A stretch of 64,000 nt of DNA from Escherichia coli (GTDB lineage: Bacteria; Pseudomonadota; Gammaproteobacteria; Enterobacterales; Enterobacteriaceae), in assembly GCF_030013205.1 (NCBI RefSeq), contig NZ_CP122648.1; one strand, 5' to 3'. The position numbers and the translations under genes are program-made. Under the pieces are notes generated by a model, which ran no database searches, was not told the origin of the DNA, and saw nothing but the letters and a program-made list of their open reading frames with translations. This document shows, one piece after another, positions 39,559 through 51,228 of the stretch (within the stretch, counting starts at the first letter, position 1; each line of letters begins with the position of its first letter).

Positions 39559-40307
39559 GTGCCATTGAAGTTAAGAACCTGGTGAAAAAATTCCACGGTC
39601 AGACGGTGCTGCACGGTATCGACCTTGAGGTGAAGCCTGGCGAAGTAGTGGCAATTATCGGTCCAAGTGGTTCCGGCAAAACCACGTTGCTACGCAGCAT
39701 AAATCTGCTGGAACAACCGGAAGCGGGAACCATCACCGTTGGCGATATCACCATTGATACTGCACGTTCATTAAGTCAGCAAAAATCGCTGATTCGCCAG
39801 TTGCGTCAGCACGTCGGGTTTGTCTTCCAGAACTTTAATTTGTTTCCGCATCGTACGGTGCTGGAAAACATTATTGAAGGGCCGGTGATCGTCAAAGGCG
39901 AACCGAAAGAAGAGGCCACGGCGCGCGCTCGCGAGCTGCTGGCGAAAGTTGGGCTGGCAGGTAAAGAAACCAGCTATCCACGTCGTTTGTCTGGCGGTCA
40001 ACAGCAGCGTGTCGCGATTGCGCGAGCGCTGGCTATGCGTCCTGAGGTGATTTTGTTTGACGAGCCAACGTCGGCGCTGGATCCAGAGCTGGTGGGCGAA
40101 GTCCTGAACACCATCCGCCAGCTGGCGCAGGAAAAGCGCACGATGGTGATTGTGACGCACGAAATGAGCTTTGCCCGGGATGTTGCGGACCGGGCGATCT
40201 TTATGGATCAGGGGCGGATAGTCGAGCAGGGGGCCGCAAAAGCGTTATTTGCCGATCCCGAGCAGCCTCGCACCCGCCAGTTCCTCGAGAAGTTTCTGCT
40301 GCAATAA
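39555..40307 (+). CDS. tcyN: L-cystine ABC transporter ATP-binding protein
   Basis: 250-aa ORF with Walker A (GPSGSGKTT), ABC signature (LSGGQQQRVAIARAL) and Walker B (ILFDEPTSALD). Confidence 0.9.
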   Translation: MSAIEVKNLVKKFHGQTVLHGIDLEVKPGEVVAIIGPSGSGKTTLLRSINLLEQPEAGTITVGDITIDTARSLSQQKSLIRQLRQHVGFVFQNFNLFPHRTVLENIIEGPVIVKGEPKEEATARARELLAKVGLAGKETSYPRRLSGGQQQRVAIARALAMRPEVILFDEPTSALDPELVGEVLNTIRQLAQEKRTMVIVTHEMSFARDVADRAIFMDQGRIVEQGAAKALFADPEQPRTRQFLEKFLLQ

Positions 40308-40535
40308 TAAGAAAAAATCAGCCCCGACGATTCACCTGTCGGGGCGGGACGCCATTTCAAGCGTAATAAAAGTGCTTAACAAATCAGCATAACTCATTAA
40401 AACATAAGAGAATGCGATGGCTTGCAAAAGTAATTCATTGCCTGAATAATATAAATTATATATAAATCTTATTTATGTGATAGTTTGAATTATCATTATA
40501 AATGATACTCACTCTCAGGGGCGTTGCGGTTTACT

Positions 40536-41258
40536 ATGCAGGATACGGATTTTTTCAGCTGGCGTCGCACGATGCTGTTGCGTTTTCAGAGGATGGAGGC
40601 CGCAGAAGAGGTCTACCATGAAATAGAGCTTCAGGCTCAGCAGCTGGAGTACGATTACTATTCGTTATGTGTTCGCCACCCGGTACCATTCACGCGACCT
40701 AAAGTGGCTTTCTACACCAATTACCCTGAGGCGTGGGTTAGTTATTATCAGGCAAAAAACTTTCTCGCAATTGATCCGGTGCTGAATCCTGAAAACTTTA
40801 GTCAGGGCCATTTAATGTGGAATGATGACTTATTCAGCGAAGCTCAGCCGTTATGGGAAGCCGCGCGCGCGCATGGTTTACGCCGCGGTGTCACTCAGTA
40901 TTTAATGCTGCCAAATCGGGCGCTGGGCTTTTTGTCCTTTTCCCGTTGCAGCACGCGCGAAATACCCATTCTTAGTGATGAACTGCAATTAAAAATGCAG
41001 TTACTGGTGCGCGAAAGTCTGATGGCTCTAATGCGTTTAAATGATGAAATAGTGATGACGCCAGAGATGAATTTCAGCAAGCGCGAAAAAGAAATTCTGA
41101 AATGGACGGCGGAAGGGAAGACATCAGCAGAGATAGCGATGATTTTGTCAATCTCTGAGAATACGGTCAATTTCCATCAGAAAAACATGCAGAAAAAAAT
41201 CAATGCACCGAATAAGACCCAGGTTGCCTGTTACGCGGCCGCTACTGGCTTAATTTGA
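40536..41258 (+). CDS. sdiA: LuxR-family quorum-sensing regulator SdiA
   Basis: MQDTDFFSWRRTMLLRFQRMEAAEEVYHEIELQ... 240 aa inside ORF 40524..41258. Confidence 0.95.
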   Translation: MQDTDFFSWRRTMLLRFQRMEAAEEVYHEIELQAQQLEYDYYSLCVRHPVPFTRPKVAFYTNYPEAWVSYYQAKNFLAIDPVLNPENFSQGHLMWNDDLFSEAQPLWEAARAHGLRRGVTQYLMLPNRALGFLSFSRCSTREIPILSDELQLKMQLLVRESLMALMRLNDEIVMTPEMNFSKREKEILKWTAEGKTSAEIAMILSISENTVNFHQKNMQKKINAPNKTQVACYAAATGLI

Positions 41259-41285
41259 TCGCTTTTCTTTCTGCGTGCCAGATGC

Positions 41286-41321
41286 AAAAACCGGCTGAAA
41301 GGCACGCTCTCAGCCGGTTTT
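41286..41321. terminator. Probable bidirectional terminator between convergent sdiA and yecF
   Basis: 8-bp stem (ccggctga/tcagccgg) flanked by an A-tract upstream and T-tract downstream. Confidence 0.55.
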
Positions 41322-41324
41322 ATA

Positions 41325-41549
41325 TTACTGACGGTAGGCTTGTTTAATTTGCTTAACCGTTTTGGAAAATACTGCAGCCTGGGTTTCGTCTTCGATCAGC
41401 GCAAGCTGTTTTTCCATCTTTAACATCACGCGGCCCGCGTCAGCTTGTCCCATCGCCTGCAGCATCAGCGTCAGCATCGCTTTCAGGCAGGAGACTTCAT
41501 TTGCCAGTTCTTGATTATTCTCGGCAGTAGAAAAATCAGGCGTACTCAT
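41325..41549 (-). CDS. yecF: DUF2594 small protein YecF
   Basis: 74-aa [37 protein letters not shown]... Confidence 0.85.
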
Positions 41550-42007
41550 TTATTTTCCTCGTCATGTTGCAATGAAAATTTGCGGTGAAAAATGTTAAGG
41601 CGGCGGAGTATACCATAAGCTTTGCTAAAAATAGCAGTGGTTGTTTTTTGAGCGTGATATCGGCAGTGCTATAAAATACGTTAATATAATGACCAATAAA
41701 TATTTTTATCATGAATGTTTTTTGCCCGTATTGTTCGGGTTAATTAATGTTACATATTCAGCGGGCTGATTTTCATTTTTGCTGAATAAAGTCAATTTTT
41801 GTCACATTTCATCGTAGGGCTTACTGTGAAACGATCCCGGAAGCCGTTGGTGACGGGCGTGACCATAACTGTGGACAATCGAATTTACAAAAACGAGAGA
41901 AAAATCGAATACCCACCATTTTTAACGTTTCAAAGTTGCAATAAAAACCGCTAATATACGAATGACTAACTATCAGTAGCGTTATCCCTATTTCTGGAGA
42001 TATTCCT

Positions 42008-42664
42008 TTGATCAACGTTCTACTTGTTGATGACCACGAACTGGTGCGCGCAGGGATACGACGCATTCTGGAAGATATAAAGGGTATAAAAGTCGTCGGT
42101 GAGGCATCGTGCGGTGAAGACGCCGTTAAGTGGTGCCGGGCAAATGCCGTTGACGTGGTGCTAATGGACATGAGTATGCCGGGCATTGGCGGTCTTGAGG
42201 CGACGCGTAAAATCGCGCGTTCCACAGCTGATGTCAAAATCATCATGCTTACCGTCCATACAGAAAACCCTTTACCAGCGAAAGTCATGCAGGCCGGTGC
42301 TGCGGGCTACCTCAGCAAAGGCGCGGCTCCGCAGGAAGTCGTGAGTGCGATCCGTTCTGTCTATTCAGGGCAGCGTTACATTGCTTCTGACATCGCTCAA
42401 CAAATGGCGTTAAGCCAGATCGAACCAGAAAAAACAGAAAGCCCATTTGCCAGTTTGTCTGAACGTGAATTGCAGATTATGCTGATGATCACCAAGGGCC
42501 AGAAGGTCAATGAGATCTCAGAACAGCTCAATCTCAGTCCGAAAACGGTGAACAGCTACCGCTATCGTATGTTCAGTAAACTAAACATTCATGGCGATGT
42601 TGAGCTGACTCACCTGGCAATTCGCCATGGTCTGTGTAATGCGGAGACATTATCAAGTCAGTGA
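42008..42664 (+). CDS. uvrY: Response regulator UvrY (BarA partner, LuxR/NarL type)
   Basis: 218-aa ORF with TTG start, [23 protein letters not shown]... Confidence 0.95.
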
Positions 42665-44493
42665 GTGATCAGTTTGACGCAAAAGCGTTTTTAAAAACCG
42701 TAACCAGCCAGCCAGGCGTTTATCGCATGTATGATGCTGGTGGTACGGTTATCTATGTCGGCAAAGCGAAAGACCTGAAAAAACGGCTTTCCAGCTATTT
42801 CCGTAGCAACCTCGCTTCGCGCAAAACCGAAGCGCTGGTCGCCCAGATCCAGCAAATTGATGTAACGGTTACTCATACAGAAACCGAAGCGCTGTTGCTG
42901 GAACACAACTACATCAAACTCTATCAGCCGCGTTACAACGTTTTGCTACGCGATGATAAATCTTATCCTTTTATCTTCCTGAGTGGCGATACCCACCCGC
43001 GTCTGGCGATGCATCGTGGTGCGAAGCATGCCAAAGGTGAATATTTCGGCCCGTTCCCGAATGGCTATGCCGTACGTGAAACACTGGCGCTACTGCAAAA
43101 GATATTCCCCATTCGCCAGTGCGAAAATAGTGTTTATCGCAATCGCTCGCGTCCGTGTCTGCAATATCAGATAGGGCGCTGTCTGGGACCGTGCGTTGAA
43201 GGACTGGTGAGTGAAGAAGAATACGCTCAGCAGGTCGAGTATGTGCGCCTGTTTTTGTCTGGCAAAGATGATCAGGTGCTTACGCAACTCATTAGCCGTA
43301 TGGAAACTGCCAGCCAGAATCTGGAGTTTGAAGAAGCGGCACGTATTCGCGACCAAATTCAGGCGGTGCGACGCGTCACCGAAAAACAGTTTGTGTCCAA
43401 TACCGGCGACGACCTTGACGTTATTGGTGTGGCGTTCGATGCGGGCATGGCTTGTGTCCACGTATTGTTCATTCGTCAGGGTAAAGTGCTCGGCAGCCGC
43501 AGCTATTTCCCGAAAGTGCCGGGCGGTACGGAACTGAGCGAGGTGGTGGAAACCTTCGTAGGTCAGTTCTATTTACAAGGCAGCCAGATGCGCACCTTAC
43601 CGGGTGAGATCCTGCTCGATTTTAATCTTAGCGATAAAACGCTGCTCGCCGATTCCCTTTCAGAACTGGCGGGACGCAAGATTAATGTTCAAACTAAACC
43701 TCGCGGCGATCGGGCGCGTTATCTGAAACTCGCGCGCACCAATGCGGCGACGGCCTTAACCAGCAAACTTTCGCAGCAATCTACCGTTCACCAGCGGCTG
43801 ACCGCGCTTGCCAGCGTGTTGAAATTGCCGGAAGTGAAGCGGATGGAGTGCTTTGACATCAGCCATACCATGGGTGAACAAACCGTCGCTTCCTGTGTGG
43901 TGTTTGATGCCAACGGCCCGCTGCGTGCGGAGTATCGGCGCTATAACATTACTGGCATCACGCCGGGCGATGATTACGCGGCGATGAATCAGGTGCTGCG
44001 TCGGCGTTATGGTAAAGCTATCGACGACAGTAAGATCCCGGATGTGATCCTTATTGACGGCGGCAAAGGCCAGCTTGCGCAGGCGAAAAATGTTTTCGCC
44101 GAACTGGATGTCTCATGGGATAAAAATCATCCGCTGCTACTTGGTGTTGCCAAAGGAGCAGATCGTAAGGCTGGGCTGGAAACGCTGTTCTTTGAGCCGG
44201 AAGGTGAGGGATTTAGTTTGCCGCCAGATTCTCCCGCGCTGCATGTTATCCAGCATATTCGCGATGAATCACACGATCACGCGATTGGCGGGCACCGTAA
44301 AAAACGGGCGAAGGTCAAAAATACCAGTTCCCTGGAAACCATTGAAGGCGTCGGGCCAAAACGTCGGCAAATGTTGTTGAAATATATGGGCGGTTTGCAA
44401 GGTTTACGTAACGCCAGCGTCGAGGAAATTGCAAAAGTGCCGGGTATTTCGCAAGGTCTGGCAGAAAAGATCTTCTGGTCGTTGAAACATTGA
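42661..44493 (+). CDS. uvrC: Excinuclease ABC subunit C
   Basis: 610-aa ORF with GIY-YIG motif near the N-terminus ([18 protein letters not shown]); overlaps the uvrY stop. Confidence 0.95.
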
Positions 44494-44549
44494 TGTCTCT
44501 GTAGCAACATAGGGGTAATCTTACTGACAACAGATAGTTACCCGTCATT

Positions 44550-45098
44550 ATGCAATTTAATATCCCTACGTTGCTTACACTGTTCCGTGTCATCCTTATC
44601 CCATTCTTTGTATTGGTCTTTTATTTGCCTGTCACCTGGTCGCCGTTTGCCGCCGCGCTCATTTTCTGCGTCGCGGCGGTGACTGACTGGTTCGATGGTT
44701 TTCTGGCACGCCGCTGGAATCAGAGTACCCGGTTTGGTGCTTTCCTTGACCCTGTCGCAGATAAAGTTCTCGTGGCTATCGCCATGGTGCTGGTAACCGA
44801 GCATTACCACAGCTGGTGGGTGACCTTACCGGCAGCAACGATGATCGCCCGTGAAATTATTATTTCTGCGCTACGCGAATGGATGGCGGAGTTGGGTAAA
44901 CGCAGTAGCGTGGCTGTCTCCTGGATTGGGAAAGTGAAAACCACTGCCCAGATGGTGGCGTTAGCCTGGCTGCTGTGGCGTCCGAACATTTGGGTTGAGT
45001 ACGCCGGTATTGCACTTTTCTTTGTGGCTGCGGTACTGACTCTGTGGTCAATGTTGCAATATTTGAGCGCTGCGCGTGCAGATTTGCTTGATCAGTGA
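44550..45098 (+). CDS. pgsA: CDP-diacylglycerol--glycerol-3-phosphate 3-phosphatidyltransferase
   Basis: 182-aa [30 protein letters not shown]..., CDP-alcohol phosphatidyltransferase motif. Confidence 0.95.
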
Positions 45099-45148
45099 TC
45101 GTTTCGGCGCAATTTTCAGCAAACGATCAAAAGTGGTGAAAAATATCG

Positions 45149-45176
45149 TTGACTCATCGCGCCAGGTAAGTAGAAT
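45149..45176 (+). promoter_or_regulatory. Sigma-70 promoter of the glyW-cysT-leuZ tRNA operon
   Basis: TTGACT-N16-TAGAAT with an A-rich upstream element, ~75 nt upstream of glyW. Confidence 0.55.
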
Positions 45177-45249
45177 GCAACGCATCGAACGGCGGCACTG
45201 ATTGCCAGACGATAATAAAATCAAGTGATTAACTGATTGCTTGATGAAT

Positions 45250-45325
<76 letters not shown>

Positions 45326-45379
45326 GTTTAAAAGACATCGGCGTCAAGCGGATGTCTGGCTGAAAGGCCTGAAGAATTT

Positions 45380-45453
45380 GGCGCGTTAACAAAGCGGTTA
45401 TGTAGCGGATTGCAAATCCGTCTAGTCCGGTTCGACTCCGGAACGCGCCTCCA
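45380..45453 (+). tRNA. cysT: tRNA-Cys (anticodon GCA)
   Basis: GGCGCGTTAACAAAGCGGTTATGTAGCGGATTGCAAATCCGTCTAGTCCGGTTCGACTCCGGAACGCGCCTCCA. Confidence 0.95.
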
Positions 45454-45465
45454 CTTTCTTCCCGA

Positions 45466-45552
45466 GCCCGGATGGTGGAATCGGTAGACACAAGGGATTT
45501 AAAATCCCTCGGCGTTCGCGCTGTGCGGGTTCAAGTCCCGCTCCGGGTACCA
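45466..45552 (+). tRNA. leuZ: tRNA-Leu (anticodon UAA), long variable arm
   Basis: GCCCGGATGGTGGAATCGGTAGACACAAGGGATTTAAAATCCCTCGGCGTTCGCGCTGTGCGGGTTCAAGTCCCGCTCCGGGTACCA. Confidence 0.95.
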
Positions 45553-45595
45553 TGGGAAAGATAAGAATAAAATCAAAGCAATAAGCAGTGTCGTG

Positions 45596-45622
45596 AAACC
45601 ACCTTCGGGTGGTTTTTTTGTG
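45596..45622 (+). terminator. Intrinsic terminator of the tRNA operon
   Basis: aaaccaccc/gggtggttt stem with tetraloop followed by TTTTTTT. Confidence 0.7.
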
Positions 45623-45747
45623 CCTGCAACTTGTCGTTACACCCTCCTTAATTTTTAATCACCGGCAAAGCCACTCAAAAAGTATCTCTGTTACGGACCG
45701 ACATGTAAGATAGGTGCTGGCGAGTTGAGATCCACAAGGAAAAGCGT

Positions 45748-46413
45748 ATGAAAACGGGACCGTTAAACGAAAGTGAGTTGGAATGGCTGGACGATATTCT
45801 GACCAAATACAACACTGACCACGCCATTCTTGATGTGGCGGAGCTGGACGGTTTATTGACGGCGGTGTTGAGTTCTCCGCAAGAGATTGAACCGGCACAG
45901 TGGCTGGTTGCCGTGTGGGGTGGGGCTGACTATGTGCCACGCTGGGCGTCAGAGAAAGAGATGACGCGCTTTATGAACCTGGCTTTTCAGCATATGGCCG
46001 ATACCGCAGAGCGTCTGAACGAATTCCCGGAGCAGTTTGAGCCGTTATTCGGCTTGCGAGAAGTCGATGGCAGCGAGCTGACGATTGTTGAGGAGTGGTG
46101 CTTTGGCTATATGCGGGGCGTGGCACTTTCTGACTGGTCAACGTTACCCGATTCGTTAAAACCAGCGCTGGAGGCGATTGCGCTGCACGGTACTGAGGAA
46201 AACTTCGAGCGGGTAGAGAAGATGTCGCCAGAAGCGTTTGAAGAGAGCGTAGATGCCATTCGACTGGCGGCGCTTGATTTACATGCATACTGGATGGCGC
46301 ATCCGCAGGAAAAAGCTGTTCAGCAACCGATCAAAGCAGAAGAGAAACCGGGTCGTAACGATCCTTGTCCGTGCGGCAGTGGTAAGAAATTTAAGCAGTG
46401 CTGCCTGCATTAA
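45748..46413 (+). CDS. yecA: UPF0149-family protein with C-terminal SEC-C metal-binding motif
   Basis: 221-aa ORF ending ...[17 protein letters not shown]. Confidence 0.9.
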   Translation: MKTGPLNESELEWLDDILTKYNTDHAILDVAELDGLLTAVLSSPQEIEPAQWLVAVWGGADYVPRWASEKEMTRFMNLAFQHMADTAERLNEFPEQFEPLFGLREVDGSELTIVEEWCFGYMRGVALSDWSTLPDSLKPALEAIALHGTEENFERVEKMSPEAFEESVDAIRLAALDLHAYWMAHPQEKAVQQPIKAEEKPGRNDPCPCGSGKKFKQCCLH

Positions 46414-46462
46414 GAGGTCAAATTGGGTGTCAGCGTTAATTCTGGCACCCAATAAGATCTAA

Positions 46463-47674
46463 TCACCCCACTTCTGGTAACAAGCCTGCTGCAATCAAAA
46501 ATTGCACGCTAATCACAGCAATACCACAGAGAAACACCACCACCAGCGCCGGACGACCACCTTTCACCCGGTAACCCGCCTGAGGATTGTGCTTTCTGCT
46601 TTGCCAGGTCAACAGCGAAGGGATAATCAATGCCAGTACCGCCAGCGCCACACCGGCGTAACCCAGCGCCATCACAAATCCTCGGGGATAAAACAGTGCA
46701 AACGCCAACGGCGGCAGAAAGGTAATTGCACCAGTTTGCAATCGTCCACCAACGGTATTTGAACGCTGAAACAAATCTGCCAGATAATCAAATAAACCTA
46801 ACGCAACGCCGAGAAATGACGTGGCGAGGGCTAAATCAGCAAATAAATGCACCGCCAGCTCAACATGCGGAGAGGCCACCATTTCGCGTAATGCCTGTAA
46901 CAGCCCGTTTAATCCGGCATGATTAGCCAGCAATCCCATAAAGGTTGTTGAATCAATGCTGCCAAGCGTCGCCACCTGCCAGAAAATATATGCCACCAGG
47001 GGGATCGCACTACCGATTATAAACACCCAGCGTAGCTTACGAATGTTGCCATCCATATAGCTGACAATACTCGGCACGCTACCGTGAAAACCAAACGAGG
47101 TAAAAATCACCGGGATTGCAGACAGAGCCAGCCCCTGTTGCAACGGCAGGGTTAAAAGATTCACTTTGTGAATATGCGGTAGCAGCAATACCAGCATCAC
47201 CACCAGAAAAATAATTTTGGCGCTGAACAGAAAACGGTTAAACAAATCGACCAGCGATGTCCCGACACAAACCACGCCACCGGCAACAAAAGTGAACAAC
47301 AGCACGCCAGCGGTTGCCGACATTGAAATACCTGTCCAGTCGCTGATGCTGGAGGCCAACAATTCACCGGCACCGCTGATGTATGCCGCAGTCAGAGCAT
47401 ACATTAAGAACATCATACTGAAGCCCGTCAGCCACTGACCGTAGCGTCCCAGATAGCGTTTTGCCAGCGTGCCCAGGCCGGTATCTGCCGGGACATGCTG
47501 GTACACCTCCAGCAGTAATAGCGCCGTGTAGCACATCAACGCCCAAAGCCCAATCAACAAGATTAACGTGACGCTAAAACCAACACCTGCAGCAGCCAGC
47601 GGCATTGCCAGCATGCCTGCGCCAATTGTGGTTCCCGCCACGATAAAAACACTTCCCAGAGTTCTGTTTTTCAC
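46463..47674 (-). CDS. tyrP: Tyrosine-specific transport protein
   Basis: 403-aa polytopic membrane [36 protein letters not shown]... Confidence 0.95.
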   Translation of the reverse strand: MKNRTLGSVFIVAGTTIGAGMLAMPLAAAGVGFSVTLILLIGLWALMCYTALLLLEVYQHVPADTGLGTLAKRYLGRYGQWLTGFSMMFLMYALTAAYISGAGELLASSISDWTGISMSATAGVLLFTFVAGGVVCVGTSLVDLFNRFLFSAKIIFLVVMLVLLLPHIHKVNLLTLPLQQGLALSAIPVIFTSFGFHGSVPSIVSYMDGNIRKLRWVFIIGSAIPLVAYIFWQVATLGSIDSTTFMGLLANHAGLNGLLQALREMVASPHVELAVHLFADLALATSFLGVALGLFDYLADLFQRSNTVGGRLQTGAITFLPPLAFALFYPRGFVMALGYAGVALAVLALIIPSLLTWQSRKHNPQAGYRVKGGRPALVVVFLCGIAVISVQFLIAAGLLPEVG

Positions 47675-47765
47675 GCTTTCTTCTGTCCTGACGATCTTTA
47701 TGAGTGATATCTGCGGCGCAGGTTAAGGCATAACGGCTGCTTCGTCAAACCGGCGTTACATATGG

Positions 47766-47783
47766 TGTAAACATAAATGTACA
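47766..47783. promoter_or_regulatory. TyrR box upstream of tyrP
   Basis: TGTAAA-N6-TGTACA matches the TyrR-box consensus TGTAAA-N6-TTTACA; ~95 bp upstream of the tyrP start. Confidence 0.5.
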
Positions 47784-47865
47784 ATAAAATGCGTTCAGTC
47801 CTGCGCTGGCGCAAAGTCTTGGTAAGCGGCAATCGCTACGCTAGCCTTTTTTTTGAGGAGGAACG

Positions 47866-48105
47866 ATGGACTCTATTCACGGTCATGAAGTGTTAAATAT
47901 GATGATTGAATCAGGTGAGCAATATACGCATGCCAGTCTGGAAGCTGCGATTAAAGCGCGTTTTGGTGAACAGGCACGTTTTCACACTTGCTCGGCAGAA
48001 GGGATGACAGCGGGAGAGCTGGTAGCGTTTCTGGCAGCAAAAGGCAAATTTATACCTTCGGAAGAAGGTTTTTCGACCGATCAGAGTAAGATTTGCCGTC
48101 ACTGA
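47866..48105 (+). CDS. yecH: DUF2492 small protein YecH
   Basis: 79-aa ORF, MDSIHGHEVLNMMIESGEQYTHASLEAAIKARFGEQARFHTCSAEGM... Confidence 0.85.
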   Translation: MDSIHGHEVLNMMIESGEQYTHASLEAAIKARFGEQARFHTCSAEGMTAGELVAFLAAKGKFIPSEEGFSTDQSKICRH

Positions 48106-48142
48106 TTTGAAACGGCGGCAGTAAACCTGCCGCCGGAGAACA

Positions 48143-48640
48143 TTAGTTTTGTGTGTCGAGGGTAGAGAGTTCTTTGTCGATAAAATACAAACCTTCGCCG
48201 CTTTTGCCTGCCAGGCTTAATTTATCAATAATCGATTTGAACAGTTTCTCTTCTTCATGCTGCTCAGAAACATACCATTGCAGGAAATTAAAAGTTGGGT
48301 AGTCCTGATTGGTCATTGCAGCATGAGCCAGTTCGTTAATTTGCTGGGTGATTAATTGTTCGTGTTTATAGGTTTCCTGGAATAATTCATCAAGTGAGGA
48401 ATATTCAGCAAACGGAGATTCAACGGTATTAATACGCGGTAAATTGCCGGTATCAGTCAGATAATCAAACAGACGCTGCATATGCGTCATCTCTTCCTGG
48501 GCGTGACGGCGCAGGAACGCGGCAGCACCTTCGAAGGTATGATAGCTGCACCAGGCGCTCATTTGCTGATAAAGCAGTGAAGAGTACAGTTCCAGGTTCA
48601 TCTGCTCATTAAGTTTTTCAATCATTTCTGGTTTCAGCAT
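48143..48640 (-). CDS. ftnA: Ferritin (iron storage)
   Basis: [34 protein letters not shown]... 165 aa inside ORF 48143..48655. Confidence 0.95.
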   Translation of the reverse strand: MLKPEMIEKLNEQMNLELYSSLLYQQMSAWCSYHTFEGAAAFLRRHAQEEMTHMQRLFDYLTDTGNLPRINTVESPFAEYSSLDELFQETYKHEQLITQQINELAHAAMTNQDYPTFNFLQWYVSEQHEEEKLFKSIIDKLSLAGKSGEGLYFIDKELSTLDTQN

Positions 48641-48811
48641 GATAGTGCTCCACAAAGGTTATATTTGTTGCTGTGGCGTCACTATAATTTGTTATTTTAT
48701 TATTTGCAAAAGGTAAAATATAAACTTCATTTATTAAAAATACGAATGGGAATAAAACGCATTACCGCTATTTATTTAATCAGCGAAGATCCCCCTCGCT
48801 GATTAAAACAT

Positions 48812-49135
48812 TTAGAGAAAGACAGGGAAGGCGGAATGATGGCACTGATATGACAAAGTGAATTCCGTATTCAAACATAAGGAACCCGCAAAGAGGCTAC
48901 AGTTGCCTACTGGCTGACCAAAGGGGATAGCGTGGGTATAGCCTTCCTGCTGGCATGCGCGATCGGCGATCCCGCGACTGACATAACGATCGGTACGGGC
49001 ATGCTGCAAAAAAGCCTGATCATAAACCAACCGAACAATACCTGTTGCCGCGTCAACTTCGCCCACATGAGCCTGGCGAGTAACTGTGCACCCCGCCAGC
49101 GTTATTAATGAAAGAGTCAGAATCAGAAGTCTCAT
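48812..49135 (-). CDS. yecR: Lipoprotein YecR (flagellar-regulon member in E. coli)
   Basis: 107-aa ORF with lipobox (ITLAGC), MRLLILTLSLITLAGCTVTRQAHVG... Confidence 0.85.
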   Translation of the reverse strand: MRLLILTLSLITLAGCTVTRQAHVGEVDAATGIVRLVYDQAFLQHARTDRYVSRGIADRACQQEGYTHAIPFGQPVGNCSLFAGSLCLNTEFTLSYQCHHSAFPVFL

Positions 49136-49396
49136 GGTCCAGCCAGAAGAGTAAAAGAAAGCAGTATTTTACGCGTTACAGCGCTGCGACAATGGCCGGA
49201 AAAGACGCCTGGCAGGCGCTATTTCTCGCCATCTGTATGTGTCAGAAAGGGGGGGCTGCTTTTTGATTATCATTTTTATAACATTAAAGGGGTATTTATG
49301 TGATTTGCATCACATAAAGATTGATTTTTGTGATGGTTGTCATATTATAAGCGCAAAGACAATAACACCTGTATAACAAATGGTCGGAGTGCCGCG

Positions 49397-49483
49397 ATGA
49401 AACTGCGCAAAATCCTGAAAAGTATGTTCAACAACTATTGCAAAACGTTCAAAGACGTACCACCAGGCAATATGTTCCGATAA
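49397..49483 (+). CDS. azuC: Small membrane-associated protein AzuC (28 aa)
   Basis: ATG...TAA encoding MKLRKILKSMFNNYCKTFKDVPPGNMFR, matching the recalled AzuC peptide; too short for the ORF track. Confidence 0.8.
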   Translation: MKLRKILKSMFNNYCKTFKDVPPGNMFR

Positions 49484-49597
49484 CAAAAAACCTGCTCCGG
49501 CAGGTTTTTTTGTGTCCTGGTGACGGTGGATGTGACTATCGCTGAAGATGTGAAGCCGCTACTATAACGGCTTTCAAAATGCTATCAGGAGTTTACG

Positions 49598-49849
49598 ATG
49601 TCCCAGCCGCTGAATGCCGATCAGGAACTGGTTTCTGATGTGGTTGCTTGCCAGTTGGTTATCAAACAAATTCTGGATGTTCTCGATGTAATCGCGCCCG
49701 TTGAAGTTCGTGAAAAAATGTCCAGCCAGCTGAAGAATATCGACTTTACTAACCATCCCGCCGCCGCAGACCCGGTCACCATGCGGGCAATCCAAAAAGC
49801 CATCGCGCTGATTGAACTCAAGTTTACCCCACAGGGCGAATCCCATTAA
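49598..49849 (+). CDS. yecJ: DUF2766 small protein YecJ
   Basis: 83-aa [40 protein letters not shown]... Confidence 0.85.
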
Positions 49850-49928
49850 AAAAACCGCGGCTTCAAAAAGATGAGGCAGCGGTTTCTCAAAAACTTCATC
49901 GGCGCAATGCATTAGCGCCGATGTATGA

Positions 49929-50432
49929 TCAATGCAGCTGATGCGACACGACATTCAGAACATGTTGGTCGGTCTGCACAGGGCACATACCCGCAAGTTT
50001 CGCACTGCGCACTTCATCAAGAATGGTTTGCAGCAACAGGCCATCATGCTGCTGTTCTTTTTCCAGATCGCGCAGGAAATTGACGGTTGAATCATCATTC
50101 AGTTCTTTCGCTTCATCGGCTAACTGCGCCAGCGTGCTTGAACGTTGCTCGTATTCTTCCATCGTTTTTTGGAACAGTTCTTCCAGAGAGTTCAGTTTTT
50201 CACCGGGAACATCAATGGCTTTAACGATGGGGGTAGCGCCGACACTCTTCATAAAGTTAAACATGCGCATCATTTGGGTCACGTTACTCTGTGCCTGGGC
50301 GCGAAGGAAAGTGGCGGTGCCGTTCAGACTCTGTTCAGAACACCAGTTACTCAGGTGAAGGTAGAGATTGGATGCGTAAAACTCGCGGTTCATTTGAGAG
50401 TTGAGTTTGAGAAGCATTCCAGCGGTTGCCAT
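49929..50432 (-). CDS. ftnB: Ferritin-like protein FtnB
   Basis: 167-aa [43 protein letters not shown]... Confidence 0.9.
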   Translation of the reverse strand: MATAGMLLKLNSQMNREFYASNLYLHLSNWCSEQSLNGTATFLRAQAQSNVTQMMRMFNFMKSVGATPIVKAIDVPGEKLNSLEELFQKTMEEYEQRSSTLAQLADEAKELNDDSTVNFLRDLEKEQQHDGLLLQTILDEVRSAKLAGMCPVQTDQHVLNVVSHQLH

Positions 50433-51228
50433 ACCTAATATCCTTATATCCAGAAGTGGAGAGGTGCAAGATAAATCAAAACACCATAATTACTGTTTGC
50501 AGAATAATTCCTTTCTGCCGGTCCGAAATGTGATCGTGGAGTCAATTCTGACGATGATCTGAAATAAGAATAACGTCTGAGCGGGTATAAGAAAATGCTT
50601 AAATCATCAAGTTTATATATTTTTACATTTCATTGATGAAATCAATGTAACTGCAATGAATTTTAATGATAGTGCTTTTTGTATCTTGTTGATATTAATC
50701 GATGAATTTGAATTCATGATGAAGTGATGATTTTATAAAACGTTTTTTCATTTTTGCGAGATGGCTCTCATTATACGTGTTCTGTTAATTAATGAGCACA
50801 GTGATAATTAATGGCGAAATGAATGACGCGCATTTTCCACATCTTTGAGTTGTGGTTATTACACCATTTCAAAAACTCAACGCCAGGTAATGCGGCCTGT
50901 TGACTGGTTAAAAAGAAGACATCCCGCATGGGTACCAAAGACAACAAGGATTTCCAGGCTAATCTTATGGATTAATCTGCTGTGCACTAGCCAATTTGTC
51001 AGACAAATTGGCTTTTCCTTATGTCTTTTCCCGCTAAATTTATGCACGTTCTCACTGTAATTCTGCGATGTGATATTGCTCTCCTATGGAGAATTAATTT
51101 CTCGCTAAAACTATGTCAACACAGTCACTTATCTTTTAGTTAAAAGGTAATGCTTTGTTTTCCGATTAATTTAACGAATGTCATTCGTTTTTGCCCTACA
51201 CAAAACGACACTAAAGCTGGAGAGAACC

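Noticed and set aside
40322-40344. Hairpin after tcyN as its terminator
   Set aside because: The stem (ccccgac/gtcgggg) has an A-tract upstream but no T-tract downstream on the plus strand, so it does not fit a plus-strand intrinsic terminator; left unannotated.
50845-51060. 71-aa ORF in the ftnB-araF intergenic region
   Set aside because: No ribosome-binding site and it spans the 25-bp palindrome; the region is more plausibly regulatory DNA.
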